DNA of 32,502 nucleotides, taken from IMG/VR virus record IMGVR_UViG_2636415833_000004; one strand, given 5' to 3'. The translations under genes and the position numbers were made by a program. Of this stretch, positions 1 to 9,220 are shown one piece after another; position 1 is the stretch's first letter; each line of letters opens with the position of its first letter. The notes under the pieces are model-generated. The model saw nothing but the letters and a program-made list of their open reading frames with translations, ran no database searches and was not told the DNA's origin. The DNA comes from a virus. Its lineage: Duplodnaviria > Heunggongvirae > Uroviricota > Caudoviricetes.

Positions 1-237
1 ATGTACACCTATAAGATGATACAAGTACCGCCCAATATCTCAGTTAAAGCACGTGACAACAAAGCAGGAATAGCAGCAGCTTACCTTCAAGACGTGGTAA
101 ACGAACAAGCCGCCAACGGCTGGGAGTTTCAGCGGATAGACACTATTGGGATTGAAGAAAAGCCAGGGTGTTTCGGTGGCAGCAAGACAAACTTTACTCA
201 GTACTACGTTATCACTTTTAGAAAAGAAGTGGATTAA
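1..237 (+). CDS. DUF4177-like small protein (hypothetical)
   Basis: ATG at 1; 78 aa; sequence pattern (YK..V...GWE...small beta-rich domain) resembles DUF4177 proteins from memory; stop overlaps next start (TAATG). Confidence 0.45.
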   Translation: MYTYKMIQVPPNISVKARDNKAGIAAAYLQDVVNEQAANGWEFQRIDTIGIEEKPGCFGGSKTNFTQYYVITFRKEVD

Positions 238-452
238 TGTTAAAAGTCTTGAGTATTCGCCTTGTGTTGTTCTACCGAGCACATGCGCCAATGAATATTC
301 GTAACAGATGTCGTCACACCCCATCTTGTTCAAAATACACACTGATTGCATTAAAGCGTTTTGGATTCGTAAAGGGGTGGAAACTAGGTTTAAAGCGGAT
401 TTATCGTTGCCGTCCACCGAATGGCGGTATTGACTACCCGCCACACAAGTAA
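237..452 (+). CDS. YidD-like membrane protein insertion efficiency factor homolog
   Basis: 71 aa with the CRxxPSCSxY ... G(W)KLGLKRIxRCxP ... GG.DYPP pattern characteristic of the YidD family; coupled to upstream ORF. Confidence 0.6.
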   Translation: MLKVLSIRLVLFYRAHAPMNIRNRCRHTPSCSKYTLIALKRFGFVKGWKLGLKRIYRCRPPNGGIDYPPHK

Positions 453-457
453 TGCCT

Positions 458-484
458 AAGGCCGCCATAGTCGACGGCCTTTCT
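458..484 (+). terminator. putative rho-independent terminator after the yidD-like gene
   Basis: Inverted repeat AAGGCCG (458..464) / CGGCCTT (475..481) with 10-nt loop, followed by T-containing tract. Confidence 0.4.
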
Positions 485-916
485 CAAGACCAAAGCGTAA
501 ATTTCAGTTTCATATTTAACTAACTATATGTTTTTATTGTAATTTTTAAAATCTCTCAAGCATTCCCTCACCCTCAAGCCTTCACGTAAAATAATTTTTT
601 CTTTTATTTTCAATGTAATAAAAACAGGCCGATCACATTCGTGATCTTTCTGTTTTCAATTAACTGAAAAAGCACGTAATTTTTTCTGTTCCGCAGATCC
701 TTTTTAGATCCTTGCTGCGCGGGCTTTTGCGGCCCTTTATTGCAATATCCAGAACTGAAAAAACTTTAACCACGCACAAGCGGCGGGCGTGCGGGTGAGC
801 GCGGTTTTCGTCCCGCTGGCGTTCCGGTGTTCAGATTTTGACCGCGCGCCGTGTATCGAGCACCGCCAGACCTGCAGGACCGCCATAAATGACCGTGTTT
901 GCCGGAATGAGGACGT

Positions 917-938
917 AAAAAAGCCCGCGCAGGCGGGC
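917..938 (-). terminator. rho-independent terminator ending the minus-strand late tail operon
   Basis: On minus strand GCCCGC-CTGC-GCGGGC hairpin (923..938) followed by TTTTTT (complement of 917..922), 13 nt after stop of the 951..2597 gene. Confidence 0.55.
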
Positions 939-950
939 AATGAGAAGGGA

Positions 951-2597
951 TTAGCGTTCTATGATGGGGGATAGCTGCGCATGTAGCGTTGCAGCATTGA
1001 CAGATTCAGCCGTAAACAATGCGGCGGTTGTAGGTGGGCTACTGGGGCCGCACTGGCAGTTATGGATGTGCGCAGCGTCAGCCGCTGCTAGCCGTTGAAC
1101 AACCATCATCAGGTTATCCAACAGCACAAAAATATTTATTGCGTCCGTGCCGGTCCAACTCTTTCCGGCTTCAAAATGCTGCAATTCTTTAGCCACGCTA
1201 CGCCGCAGCTTGCCGACGACTTCAACCAACTGCCCGCCGACAGCGTGCCGGTGATCTCCTCCTGCTCCGGTGTCAATATCACCTGCAGTCATCTGCTCAA
1301 TAGCGCCCAGGGTATGCAGGATATGCGACCCGCCAACCTGTAACACATCATCACCCGTTACGCTGGCGCGACGCTCCGCGACGTCCGTCTGTTCTTCATC
1401 CACCGTCAACTTTCGCACCCGCGCAACTTCGGTCAGTGCCTGATCGGTTTCGCGGCTGACATCGCCGCGACTGTTTGTCTTATGCAGAACGCCCGCGCGC
1501 GACTGCTGCACCTGCTCACCCGCAGCAACAGCAGGCAGCGTCAACCCCTGCGCCATTACCTGGCGGATGTGTGGGCGGTCCGGGCGTGCCTCACTGAATC
1601 CCAGTTCGACCAGTGTTCCCGGTGCTGGGTACTGCATCAAGCCGCTATCGCTTCCGCCAAACCCAACCGGCAACGGCACAGCCTGATAAACAGGGACCGT
1701 TTGATCTGGTTTCCCGTCTTCATCAAGTAACTGAACATTGACGGCAAAACGCGGACGGAATGGATCTGATATGTCGCTATGGCCGGTCGTGTCGCTGATA
1801 GCCTCAACGCGGCCAATTTTTGGCAGGTGTAAACCTGCGGCCAGTTCCGGAAACTCCTTTTCAGCCTGGCGGCGGAATTGCGATTTTTGCGCCTCGCGGC
1901 CTTTGCTGTCTGTTACTGCCCATTTGACTGACATCTGGTCATCAGTCAGATCGATACGCTTAACCCGCTGGCCGTTAACGACAGCGCCAGGCCGCAGTGA
2001 CGGCACGCACACGATCCGCATAGTGTCGCCGCCAGTCTGCTGATCAGAAAATCCGGGCGGTATCTCAACGGGCAATGACGGCCATCGGGATTCCTGCCAA
2101 CTACCAACAAACACAACACCTTCGGGCAACTGCTGCCAGATATAATCCGGGATAGAAAAAGCGCGCCCCAGGTTGTTTAGCAACTGATAGCCGCTGCCTG
2201 AATGGGTAAAGTTAGGGATCGGCGTATCGGTGTATTTCTGCCCGTCTGGCAGCGCAAACGCCAGCCCGCACTGTTCAGTAACCCAGTTACAGACATCCCG
2301 TAATGTTGGGTGCTGTATTGAACAGGGCATAGGGCGCGCCAGTATTCCCGTTAATTCACGCACCAGGATACGCTGCCAGCCCTTTTCCGCCTGCTGACTA
2401 CGCTCAACAATACCAGTGAACCAGCGCAGCATTTTTCCGGAATACCCCAGATCCAGCGCGACCATTTTTCCCTGTAAGTTTTCATCACCGGGGACCGTGA
2501 CAAAACCCAACCCAGCGCCGGACAACTCCAGCGCCAGATGTACATTAACCGGCGTTACCGTCTGCGAACCGATATAAAAACGGCTTGTTATCTTCAT
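951..2597 (-). CDS. phage tail-module protein, candidate baseplate hub (gpD-like); function uncertain
   Basis: 548-aa ORF, ATG start with ATGA overlap onto upstream gene, last gene of the tail operon; hub and spike genes are otherwise missing from the module (positional inference only). Confidence 0.4.
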   Translation of the reverse strand: MKITSRFYIGSQTVTPVNVHLALELSGAGLGFVTVPGDENLQGKMVALDLGYSGKMLRWFTGIVERSQQAEKGWQRILVRELTGILARPMPCSIQHPTLRDVCNWVTEQCGLAFALPDGQKYTDTPIPNFTHSGSGYQLLNNLGRAFSIPDYIWQQLPEGVVFVGSWQESRWPSLPVEIPPGFSDQQTGGDTMRIVCVPSLRPGAVVNGQRVKRIDLTDDQMSVKWAVTDSKGREAQKSQFRRQAEKEFPELAAGLHLPKIGRVEAISDTTGHSDISDPFRPRFAVNVQLLDEDGKPDQTVPVYQAVPLPVGFGGSDSGLMQYPAPGTLVELGFSEARPDRPHIRQVMAQGLTLPAVAAGEQVQQSRAGVLHKTNSRGDVSRETDQALTEVARVRKLTVDEEQTDVAERRASVTGDDVLQVGGSHILHTLGAIEQMTAGDIDTGAGGDHRHAVGGQLVEVVGKLRRSVAKELQHFEAGKSWTGTDAINIFVLLDNLMMVVQRLAAADAAHIHNCQCGPSSPPTTAALFTAESVNAATLHAQLSPIIER

Positions 2598-3229
2598 TTG
2601 TCTTTGTCCGTTTTGACAGCTGATCCGGCCGTACCGTTTGACGTCGTATCCGCTTTTGATTCAGACGGCGACGGGGCCAGCCAATCATCAATTTTTTTCC
2701 AGAATTTATCTGATGACGACATTTCAGTGTCTGGCGGTGTATTTTCCCCAGAAGATGCACCCGGCGTCGTAATACCTGGCGTTGTCTGCGAAACAACCCC
2801 GCCCAGTTTTGAAAATACGTTGGCCTCTTTTTTCTCCGGCACACTGCTGTACTCCCGCAGAGTGAACGACACGTTCCACGCCCGCAGTGAATCCGATTCC
2901 GGCGCGCTCAGACGCCCGGTGAATGTCGCCTGGCGCATGTTGATCGCCGTGGCGGTGAGATTAGAAACGCGGTAAACCGTCTGCTTTCCGCCCTCGTCCA
3001 CCCCTTCCGCCAGTTCAAAAATACGCGTAAGAAATTCAACATTACGAAACGGAATCACGCCGCTGACGTTTAATTCCTTTGCTTTTATCCCGCCCTCACT
3101 TTTCTGCGTTCCCGACGTCTGGCCAGACTGATCTTTGTCTTTGAACGGCAAAACAGCCTCCACTTTCAGATTCAGCATTTTTACCGTTTCGCCGTTCAGC
3201 GTTAAAATTACTGGGTGTCTCGTGCTCAT
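2594..3229 (-). CDS. hypothetical tail-module protein (Ser/Thr/Pro-rich C-terminus)
   Basis: 211-aa ORF, ATG start, ATGA-coupled on both sides within the late operon. Confidence 0.4.
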   Translation of the reverse strand: MSTRHPVILTLNGETVKMLNLKVEAVLPFKDKDQSGQTSGTQKSEGGIKAKELNVSGVIPFRNVEFLTRIFELAEGVDEGGKQTVYRVSNLTATAINMRQATFTGRLSAPESDSLRAWNVSFTLREYSSVPEKKEANVFSKLGGVVSQTTPGITTPGASSGENTPPDTEMSSSDKFWKKIDDWLAPSPSESKADTTSNGTAGSAVKTDKDK

Positions 3230-4095
3230 ATGCAGCCCTTCAAAAACGACAGATCCGCGCCAGTGAACAGCACGACAGCAGTAAAAATAAAAGAATGGCC
3301 GGGCGGGCTACTGGATTCCAGCGCAGACGCCAGTGACGCACCGCCACCGCTTCCCTTCCAGGACCAGACCTGCGCGGCGGTTTCGTTCAGCTTGTCAAAG
3401 TCACCAGCCAGATCAGAAACAGCCTTTTCACGCAGCTTTACCAGTTCCGCCAATGTATCGACCGGCGCGCGGGTTTTATGTGCGGCCAGCATCGCCATTT
3501 CTGACAACAGCAGGCGGCGCGATTCACGGTGATTTTTTTCGATCAGGTCGCCAGACTCCGGCCACGCCGGATAGGTCAGCGCGCCGGGGCGTTGCATTTT
3601 CTGGGATTCCTTGCCAGCGTGAGCGCGGGCGGTGTTCAGTGCCTGCGTAAATCCGGGGGCGGGCAAGGTGTCACAGACTTTTGTCAGCTTGCTAATGAAG
3701 TCCCCAATCTGACCAGCGCAAACAAGTAAACAAACGGCGTCACCGCCTGCGCCCATTCTCAGATCTGCACCATCGCGCAATTTTTCGGCCAGCCGTTTGA
3801 CGGCGTTCGGCGGGCTAAGATAAGTGCCGCTTTCTTCCTCCTTACCCGCGCCAAACGTCCAGTTATGAACGGCGATTTGCTGCCCGTTCGTTGTCAGTTT
3901 ATCCAGTTCGACGCGCAGATCGGCAACCTGATCCGCCTGCCCCGCCAATTCTGGCTGCGGCCACTGCGCCCGCGATTCCAGCGCGCGCAATGCGTTAATG
4001 CCAGGGGATGACAGCGACGACAACGCACCGTTTAACGTGTCATGCGGCGTTTTCACTTCATCCGGCAGTTTTAACTGTCCATTACTCCACGCCAT
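3226..4095 (-). CDS. hypothetical protein, unknown function
   Basis: Track start at 4188 is TTG with a 118-nt overlap; first ATGs at 4113 and 4095, the latter preceded by a GGGG Shine-Dalgarno-like element; no recognisable motif. Confidence 0.35.
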   Translation of the reverse strand: MAWSNGQLKLPDEVKTPHDTLNGALSSLSSPGINALRALESRAQWPQPELAGQADQVADLRVELDKLTTNGQQIAVHNWTFGAGKEEESGTYLSPPNAVKRLAEKLRDGADLRMGAGGDAVCLLVCAGQIGDFISKLTKVCDTLPAPGFTQALNTARAHAGKESQKMQRPGALTYPAWPESGDLIEKNHRESRRLLLSEMAMLAAHKTRAPVDTLAELVKLREKAVSDLAGDFDKLNETAAQVWSWKGSGGGASLASALESSSPPGHSFIFTAVVLFTGADLSFLKGCI

Positions 4096-4559
4096 GAATA
4101 ACCCCGCTCCCATTCGCTGGAAACCAGCGCGTGTAACTGGCCGGGCGAATAACGCCAGGCATCCCGTAACTGCATAAATTCGGCACAAAACTCGCTACAA
4201 AACCACTTTTCAGGATTCCCACGGCAAAACAGCAAAAAGCCGATAACCCCGGCGATGTCGTATTTTTTCCCCGCGTACAGGCGGTAAAAACTGGCGATTT
4301 CCTGCGGGCTGGCGCTGATTTCGATCAAGTCCCATTTGTCAGAGGGTAAAGGCATTGTTTTAGCCCTGACCCCGCCATCACGGAACGATGACGAATAGCA
4401 GGTAAAATCCGTGCCGACGTCGTAGCACTGCGGCCCCACGGCGATTTCACAATGTGAATACGGACTGCGGGTAACAAGGCGTGTCACCCAGTCCGCCAGG
4501 CTGGCTAGTCCGTTGTGATCGCTGCGGCCACGATAAAACGCAATAAACACCGCGTTCAT
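4071..4559 (-). CDS. putative permuted papain-fold (YiiX/YaeF, NlpC/P60-superfamily-like) cysteine peptidase/amidase
   Basis: Track start 4568 is GTG; ATG at 4559 forms ATGA overlap with tail fibre assembly gene stop; conserved-looking His (YSHCEIAV) before Cys (WFCSEFC), the order typical of permuted NlpC/P60 enzymes; assignment from memory. Confidence 0.4.
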   Translation of the reverse strand: MNAVFIAFYRGRSDHNGLASLADWVTRLVTRSPYSHCEIAVGPQCYDVGTDFTCYSSSFRDGGVRAKTMPLPSDKWDLIEISASPQEIASFYRLYAGKKYDIAGVIGFLLFCRGNPEKWFCSEFCAEFMQLRDAWRYSPGQLHALVSSEWERGYSWRGVMDS

Positions 4560-5158
4560 GGTTGCCACCCCAGGGACCAGTCGTAAGCCTCAACGGCGGC
4601 AATATCGCCCAGGGCATCCACTGCCGCAATATGCGCCTGCGCAACGGCAAACAAACGCATATCGTGTTCAATGGTCACAAACTCAAACTGTGCGGCGATT
4701 GCGTTGGTCAGTTCAATCAGCCCGTTATTTTTGGTTTGCCACATCAGACCGGGCGGAACCGCGCCCGCCTGTCCCATTTTTGCCAGCGTCATCTGCTGAA
4801 TGCGGCTGTTAGCGTCGCTATGGAAGCGATTCCCGTCGATCACGATGTAATCGGCGGTGACGGCGTCCCTATGTGCTTTTATATCCTGTTCAACCTGCGC
4901 TTTAATCTGCTTCAGCGCGGCGGCAAATGCTGCCGCGTCATAAATCCATTTATCACCGTCCAGGCGATAATATTCGCCCGGTGGCGGCGTTGTTACGAGC
5001 TTTCCAGCAGCGGGATTTACCCAGCAATCACGATCGCGGTAACGCCACTGCACATCCGTTAATTGCATGACCGTTTCAGGCAGAACAATGTCAAACTGAT
5101 CGGTGTCCAGCCATGCTAGGACCTTCATTGATTCAGAATCAAAATATACATATTTCAT
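4556..5158 (-). CDS. tail fibre assembly protein (gpG-like chaperone)
   Basis: 200-aa ORF immediately downstream of the tail fibre gene, ATG start; position and size typical of tail fibre assembly proteins. Confidence 0.6.
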   Translation of the reverse strand: MKYVYFDSESMKVLAWLDTDQFDIVLPETVMQLTDVQWRYRDRDCWVNPAAGKLVTTPPPGEYYRLDGDKWIYDAAAFAAALKQIKAQVEQDIKAHRDAVTADYIVIDGNRFHSDANSRIQQMTLAKMGQAGAVPPGLMWQTKNNGLIELTNAIAAQFEFVTIEHDMRLFAVAQAHIAAVDALGDIAAVEAYDWSLGWQP

Positions 5159-5161
5159 TGA

Positions 5162-7171
5162 TCACCATGACAATTTAACAAAACCCGGCGACCCATTGCC
5201 GCCCGGGAAACAGTTCGCACCAGAAGTCCCATAAGCACCAGCCGACCCGCCCGCACCGTATCCGGTGCCATTGTGACTACCACCGATAACCCCGCAACCA
5301 CCATCGCCATATACTGACGACGCTCCATTATTGCCCGCAGTGGCTTTTGTAGTACCAGTACCGCCAGTAGTACCACCATAACCACCAGAACCACCGGGTG
5401 ACGACACTCCCGAAAATGAAGACGCGCCGCCAGCAGTCCCCGAATTACCCTTGGTCATATTGCCTGCTGATGACGTGACTACGGTTCCCCCTACCCCCCC
5501 ACCTCCGACAACGACAGAAAGGACCGCGCCAGGTGTGACGGTGACAATTGTCGTCACCGGTTTTGACGCACCACCCCCACCACCAGAATATGCACCACCG
5601 CCACCGCCACCGCCGCCACCGCCGAGCACCTCTACCGACATTTTTTTTACACCGGCAGGGACAGTAAATGACCCATTCGCGGTGTACATTGCGTACTTAT
5701 TTAAGTAGCGCGCATCAGCATTTGTTACGGTGATAAAGTCCGGCGCGCCGGTAATATCCGACCAGGGGTGCTTATGGCTTGCGGCAGCTGCATTTACGTC
5801 GCTGTACGTCAGCGTGATGTCCGCTGACAACGCCTTATTGTTAACCTTGCGCGTTGTCGGAACGGCGTTTACATCGCTGTACGTCAGCGTGATGTCTGCT
5901 GACAGCGCCTTATTGTTCACCTTGCGCGTTGTCGGCACAGCGTTTACATCGCTGTACGTCAGCGTGATGTCTGCTGACAGCGCCTTATTGTTCACCTTGC
6001 GCGTTGTCGGCACAGCGTTTACGTCGCTGTACGTCAGCGTGATGTCCGCTGACAGCGGCTTATCGTTCACTTTGCGCGTTGTCGGCACGGCGTTTACATC
6101 GCTGTATGTCAGCGTAATGTCTGCTGACAGTGCCTTATTGTTCACCTTGCGCGTATCCTGCACCGCGTGAACAATGCGCGAATCATCCCCGGCAGCTACC
6201 GTCCCCGCCGCCGTTCCCACGTTACGGGTTGCAGAATTCCCCAGTTTTAAATTTTCGCGGGATTTCACTACATCATCCAGATCGGACAGATTTAGCGACC
6301 GGCGTAAATAGCGCTTATCCAGATCGTCACTGTTACGCACTGGCCGTAAATCAGTGACCGCCCCGTCTGCGGCAATTTCAGCGATTTTGAATACGTAGTG
6401 GGTTTTCCCCGCAGCGTCCGAATATTCAGCCAGATCGCCCGACGTAATAACGCAGATATCAGTGACCGGCACGCAGGCAGTCATGACAGACCCCTGCCAG
6501 ACAGTATCCAGCCAGACGGCGGCGGGTTTAGTCCCGATCGCGACATCCTGCGCGGCTTCGTTCGCCAATCGCAAACCGGCCACATAACCCAACCCAGGCA
6601 GGCAGTTATATTTCACCCCGCTACGTTGAACCAGCCACCCATCATCAAAAAACAGCGCACTGCCGTAATGATCGATATTCAGTAAACGCTGATAATCATC
6701 AATACCCGTCAGACGGGCGGTAAAATCGATCTGCCACGTTTCGGCAGGTGTATTAATCCCTGTCTTGTCTGCAGCACCGTTAAATTCAATCAAAAACGAG
6801 CGGGTAAACGCGTTTCCCTGTTCCGTCGCCGTCGTTTTCACCTTTTCCAGCGCCGGGACCGTTGTCACCATCGCTAAAAGGCCCGTTTTTTTGCAAATCA
6901 GTCCGATCCAGTTAAACGAAAAATTGCCGACGTTTGTTCCCAGGGTAAACGAGTACGCAACCGTGTTTTTATTAACCACGCCCGCAGCGTTGACGGATTC
7001 GCGGTAAACAATTTGCGCGGCATCCGGCAGACCGGCGTCACGGTTTATCACCGCATCCGGATCAAGGCCGGGCACATTAGCCAAAACAAATTCATCCAGC
7101 GAAATGTCGCCCGGCGTCAGCAGATCAGCGGCTTGCCATTGCTCAAACGCCGTCGTGATAATTGTTGCCAT
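5162..7171 (-). CDS. tail fibre protein with tandem 25-aa repeats and glycine-rich C-terminal domain
   Basis: 669 aa; N-terminus MATIITTAFEQW resembles P2 H-type fibre N-termini; five tandem copies of TRKVNNKALSADITLTYSDVNAVPT; C-terminal ~150 aa dominated by Gly runs. Confidence 0.75.
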   Translation of the reverse strand: MATIITTAFEQWQAADLLTPGDISLDEFVLANVPGLDPDAVINRDAGLPDAAQIVYRESVNAAGVVNKNTVAYSFTLGTNVGNFSFNWIGLICKKTGLLAMVTTVPALEKVKTTATEQGNAFTRSFLIEFNGAADKTGINTPAETWQIDFTARLTGIDDYQRLLNIDHYGSALFFDDGWLVQRSGVKYNCLPGLGYVAGLRLANEAAQDVAIGTKPAAVWLDTVWQGSVMTACVPVTDICVITSGDLAEYSDAAGKTHYVFKIAEIAADGAVTDLRPVRNSDDLDKRYLRRSLNLSDLDDVVKSRENLKLGNSATRNVGTAAGTVAAGDDSRIVHAVQDTRKVNNKALSADITLTYSDVNAVPTTRKVNDKPLSADITLTYSDVNAVPTTRKVNNKALSADITLTYSDVNAVPTTRKVNNKALSADITLTYSDVNAVPTTRKVNNKALSADITLTYSDVNAAAASHKHPWSDITGAPDFITVTNADARYLNKYAMYTANGSFTVPAGVKKMSVEVLGGGGGGGGGGAYSGGGGGASKPVTTIVTVTPGAVLSVVVGGGGVGGTVVTSSAGNMTKGNSGTAGGASSFSGVSSPGGSGGYGGTTGGTGTTKATAGNNGASSVYGDGGCGVIGGSHNGTGYGAGGSAGAYGTSGANCFPGGNGSPGFVKLSW
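5786..6154 (-). repeat. five tandem 75-bp in-frame coding repeats inside the tail fibre gene
   Basis: Near-identical 75-bp units visible directly in the DNA; encode aa ~340-462 of the fibre; not CRISPR (no spacers, fully coding). Confidence 0.85.
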
Positions 7172-7177
7172 TGTTAT

Positions 7178-7723
7178 TTATTCCCTGATAAGTGACGCGG
7201 CGTGACACACATAGTCATTGTGTACGCTGCCCGCCTGAATATTGATCGGCGTGGATGTTAACGACTGGAAGCGATAGCGGCGGCAGGTGCGCCCGTACTG
7301 CCGGACAATTTCACGCAGCAAATCACCGTGTTCAGAGATCTGCCTGTCGGTCAAATCCAACAAAATGACGTCCCAGTCAATACCGTCTACACGCTCATTT
7401 ATCCCGACAAAACCTATTTCCAGCCGTTCAAATATCCGGGCAAAACCCGCCGTGCTGCCTGCATCCTGCGCATTAATGAACGCGTAATTCACGCGGCGGC
7501 GGAACAGATCCAGCGGCTCCGCGTTTAAGCGGGTGACGTCACGCTGCCAAGCCAGCAAAAAGAGGATCGTTTCGTTACAGGTCAGCGCATCAAACTGCTG
7601 CAACGGCCAGCGCAGCCACGCGTCAAGCCAAAGCCAGAAACGTTTGCACGCTGCCGCCAGCTTTTGCGGTTCGCCTTTGTTCATCCAACAGGGCAATTTA
7701 ATGTTCATCATGCGCTGCCCCAT
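7178..7723 (-). CDS. baseplate/tail protein, P2 gpI-like
   Basis: 181 aa; LLAWQRDV segment resembles the LPWLAWAFSVD region of P2 gpI; located between J-like and fibre genes as in P2. Confidence 0.6.
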   Translation of the reverse strand: MGQRMMNIKLPCWMNKGEPQKLAAACKRFWLWLDAWLRWPLQQFDALTCNETILFLLAWQRDVTRLNAEPLDLFRRRVNYAFINAQDAGSTAGFARIFERLEIGFVGINERVDGIDWDVILLDLTDRQISEHGDLLREIVRQYGRTCRRYRFQSLTSTPINIQAGSVHNDYVCHAASLIRE

Positions 7724-8892
7724 TTCACGCTCAATGACCGCAAGCGCGGAATATTCAGTTCACTGACGATGTCATCAAGAGAAAATTCAACAGACGACAG
7801 GGCGGGAAACGCCTCGTGAATTTCTTCACCCAACTTAGAAAAGCCAAACCGCGACCAGGGCCACGTTTTGGTAACGTCATACGCTGAATTCTCACGAAAC
7901 GCGCAGCGCACCATGTTTTCAACGACCCCCGGCAGATCAGCACGTTCAGCATCGGTAATCATCGCGTTATCCGGGGTGTGAAGCGTCACTTCAAGTTCAT
8001 GAAAGGTTTCCGGCATAGGGAAACATTGCATATCGTCGCCGTGTCCGTGGTTTCCCTGCCCCATCACGTAATCATTTACGGCTGCAATAAACGGATCACT
8101 GATCACACCTGCATCCAGCAATAAATACGCGTTAGCTGTTCCCGGTCCGCGCGGGGCGTCATGTAAGAAGAAAATGCGATCGGTACTCAATCCGGCCACA
8201 CTGGCGATCGCAGAGCGGTACACGGCGTCAATGTGATAGTTACCCACGACGTTAAACTGGTTACGGATACGCGGGCGAAATTCGTCGTCAGACTCACGAT
8301 CAGCGCCTGGCTTCGTCAGCCAGTCATCGCCGGTCGTCACTTCCGCAACTCCTGCCACTGCGACGGGTAAAACATGGTAATAACCGGGCGCAAGGTTCCA
8401 GGCACTGCCCGCAGTGTCAGCCGTACAGGCGATCGATAGCTGCGCAATACCTGCGGGGATCATCGTCGTCGCATCCACAATCAGGCGATAAACTTCACCG
8501 TTAACGCGTTCGGTCTGAATGACAGTGCCTGCGGGAATTGTCACATTTTCATCGGCACTGGTTTTAATAAACGTCACCGCGCCCTGGGCGCACGTCGCCG
8601 CCTTACGTTCCAGACGGACCGCCCACGCCAGCAGGTCAAGCCACGTCCCAATCGCTGTAGCAACAAAAAGGTTAGTCAGAACCACATCTGCCAGCACGTC
8701 ACGCAGCCACAGCACCGGTTTAGTGACAATGGCGGAAATCAGACGCCAGAACGGCGACATTAACGACGTGTTAGTGACCAGCCCTTCGTCGTCGGCGACA
8801 GCCTGAAACTTCGCCTGAATTTCCTTTTCCGTACCCGGCAGGCCCGCGTCATCCAACAGGGCGCGGTAATCGGGTTTAGGTGCATCACTCAT
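7708..8892 (-). CDS. baseplate J-like protein
   Basis: Track start 8913 is TTG; ATG at 8892 has GAGG 7 nt upstream and an 8-nt overlap with upstream stop; W-J-I-H-G order as in P2. Confidence 0.6.
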   Translation of the reverse strand: MSDAPKPDYRALLDDAGLPGTEKEIQAKFQAVADDEGLVTNTSLMSPFWRLISAIVTKPVLWLRDVLADVVLTNLFVATAIGTWLDLLAWAVRLERKAATCAQGAVTFIKTSADENVTIPAGTVIQTERVNGEVYRLIVDATTMIPAGIAQLSIACTADTAGSAWNLAPGYYHVLPVAVAGVAEVTTGDDWLTKPGADRESDDEFRPRIRNQFNVVGNYHIDAVYRSAIASVAGLSTDRIFFLHDAPRGPGTANAYLLLDAGVISDPFIAAVNDYVMGQGNHGHGDDMQCFPMPETFHELEVTLHTPDNAMITDAERADLPGVVENMVRCAFRENSAYDVTKTWPWSRFGFSKLGEEIHEAFPALSSVEFSLDDIVSELNIPRLRSLSVKWGSA

Positions 8893-9220
8893 AAACAACC
8901 TCAACAGGATCAATCAGTCCGAATTCATACGTTTCTGCCGTCACAATGACGCGGCCTGCCGCTTCCTCATACACGCGCACCGTTCCGGGGATTAGGCGGT
9001 TATCCGTTTCCACCATCAGAATAATTTGCAGATAAACATCATTGCGCATGACAGCGGAACGCTGGCCGATAAGGTGCGTTGCCAGATTGCTTTCAATGAT
9101 GGCGTGTTTAATGTCCTGACCAATGCTGACGCGGTTGTCACATAGCGTTGGTTCACGTCCGGTATTCAAAAGAAAATCACCGTTAACAATTTTCAGATCG
9201 ATATACAGTTGTTCAGTCAT
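8885..9220 (-). CDS. small baseplate protein, candidate gpW/gp25-like
   Basis: 111 aa, ATGA-coupled to tape measure stop, immediately upstream of J-like gene; size and position fit gp25-like wedge proteins. Confidence 0.45.
   Translation of the reverse strand: MTEQLYIDLKIVNGDFLLNTGREPTLCDNRVSIGQDIKHAIIESNLATHLIGQRSAVMRNDVYLQIILMVETDNRLIPGTVRVYEEAAGRVIVTAETYEFGLIDPVEVVYE

Noticed and set aside
40-468. 142-aa minus-strand ORF covering the DUF4177/YidD-like genes
   Set aside because: Entirely antisense to two plus-strand ORFs with recognisable family patterns and coupled start/stop; likely a shadow ORF
737-974. Short ORFs 737..940 (minus) and 789..974 (plus) in the GC-rich boundary segment
   Set aside because: Mutually overlapping, no RBS, low-complexity translations, and they cross the tail operon terminator; treated as non-coding or a gene remnant
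5786-6154. Possible CRISPR array suggested by regular tandem repeats
   Set aside because: Units are contiguous 75-bp copies with no spacers, lie in frame within a tail fibre gene, and no cas genes are present
5451-6170. Plus-strand ORFs (proline-rich 85 aa and repeat-containing 146 aa) inside the tail fibre gene
   Set aside because: Antisense images of the Gly-rich region and of the 75-bp repeats; the minus-strand fibre frame is the coherent one
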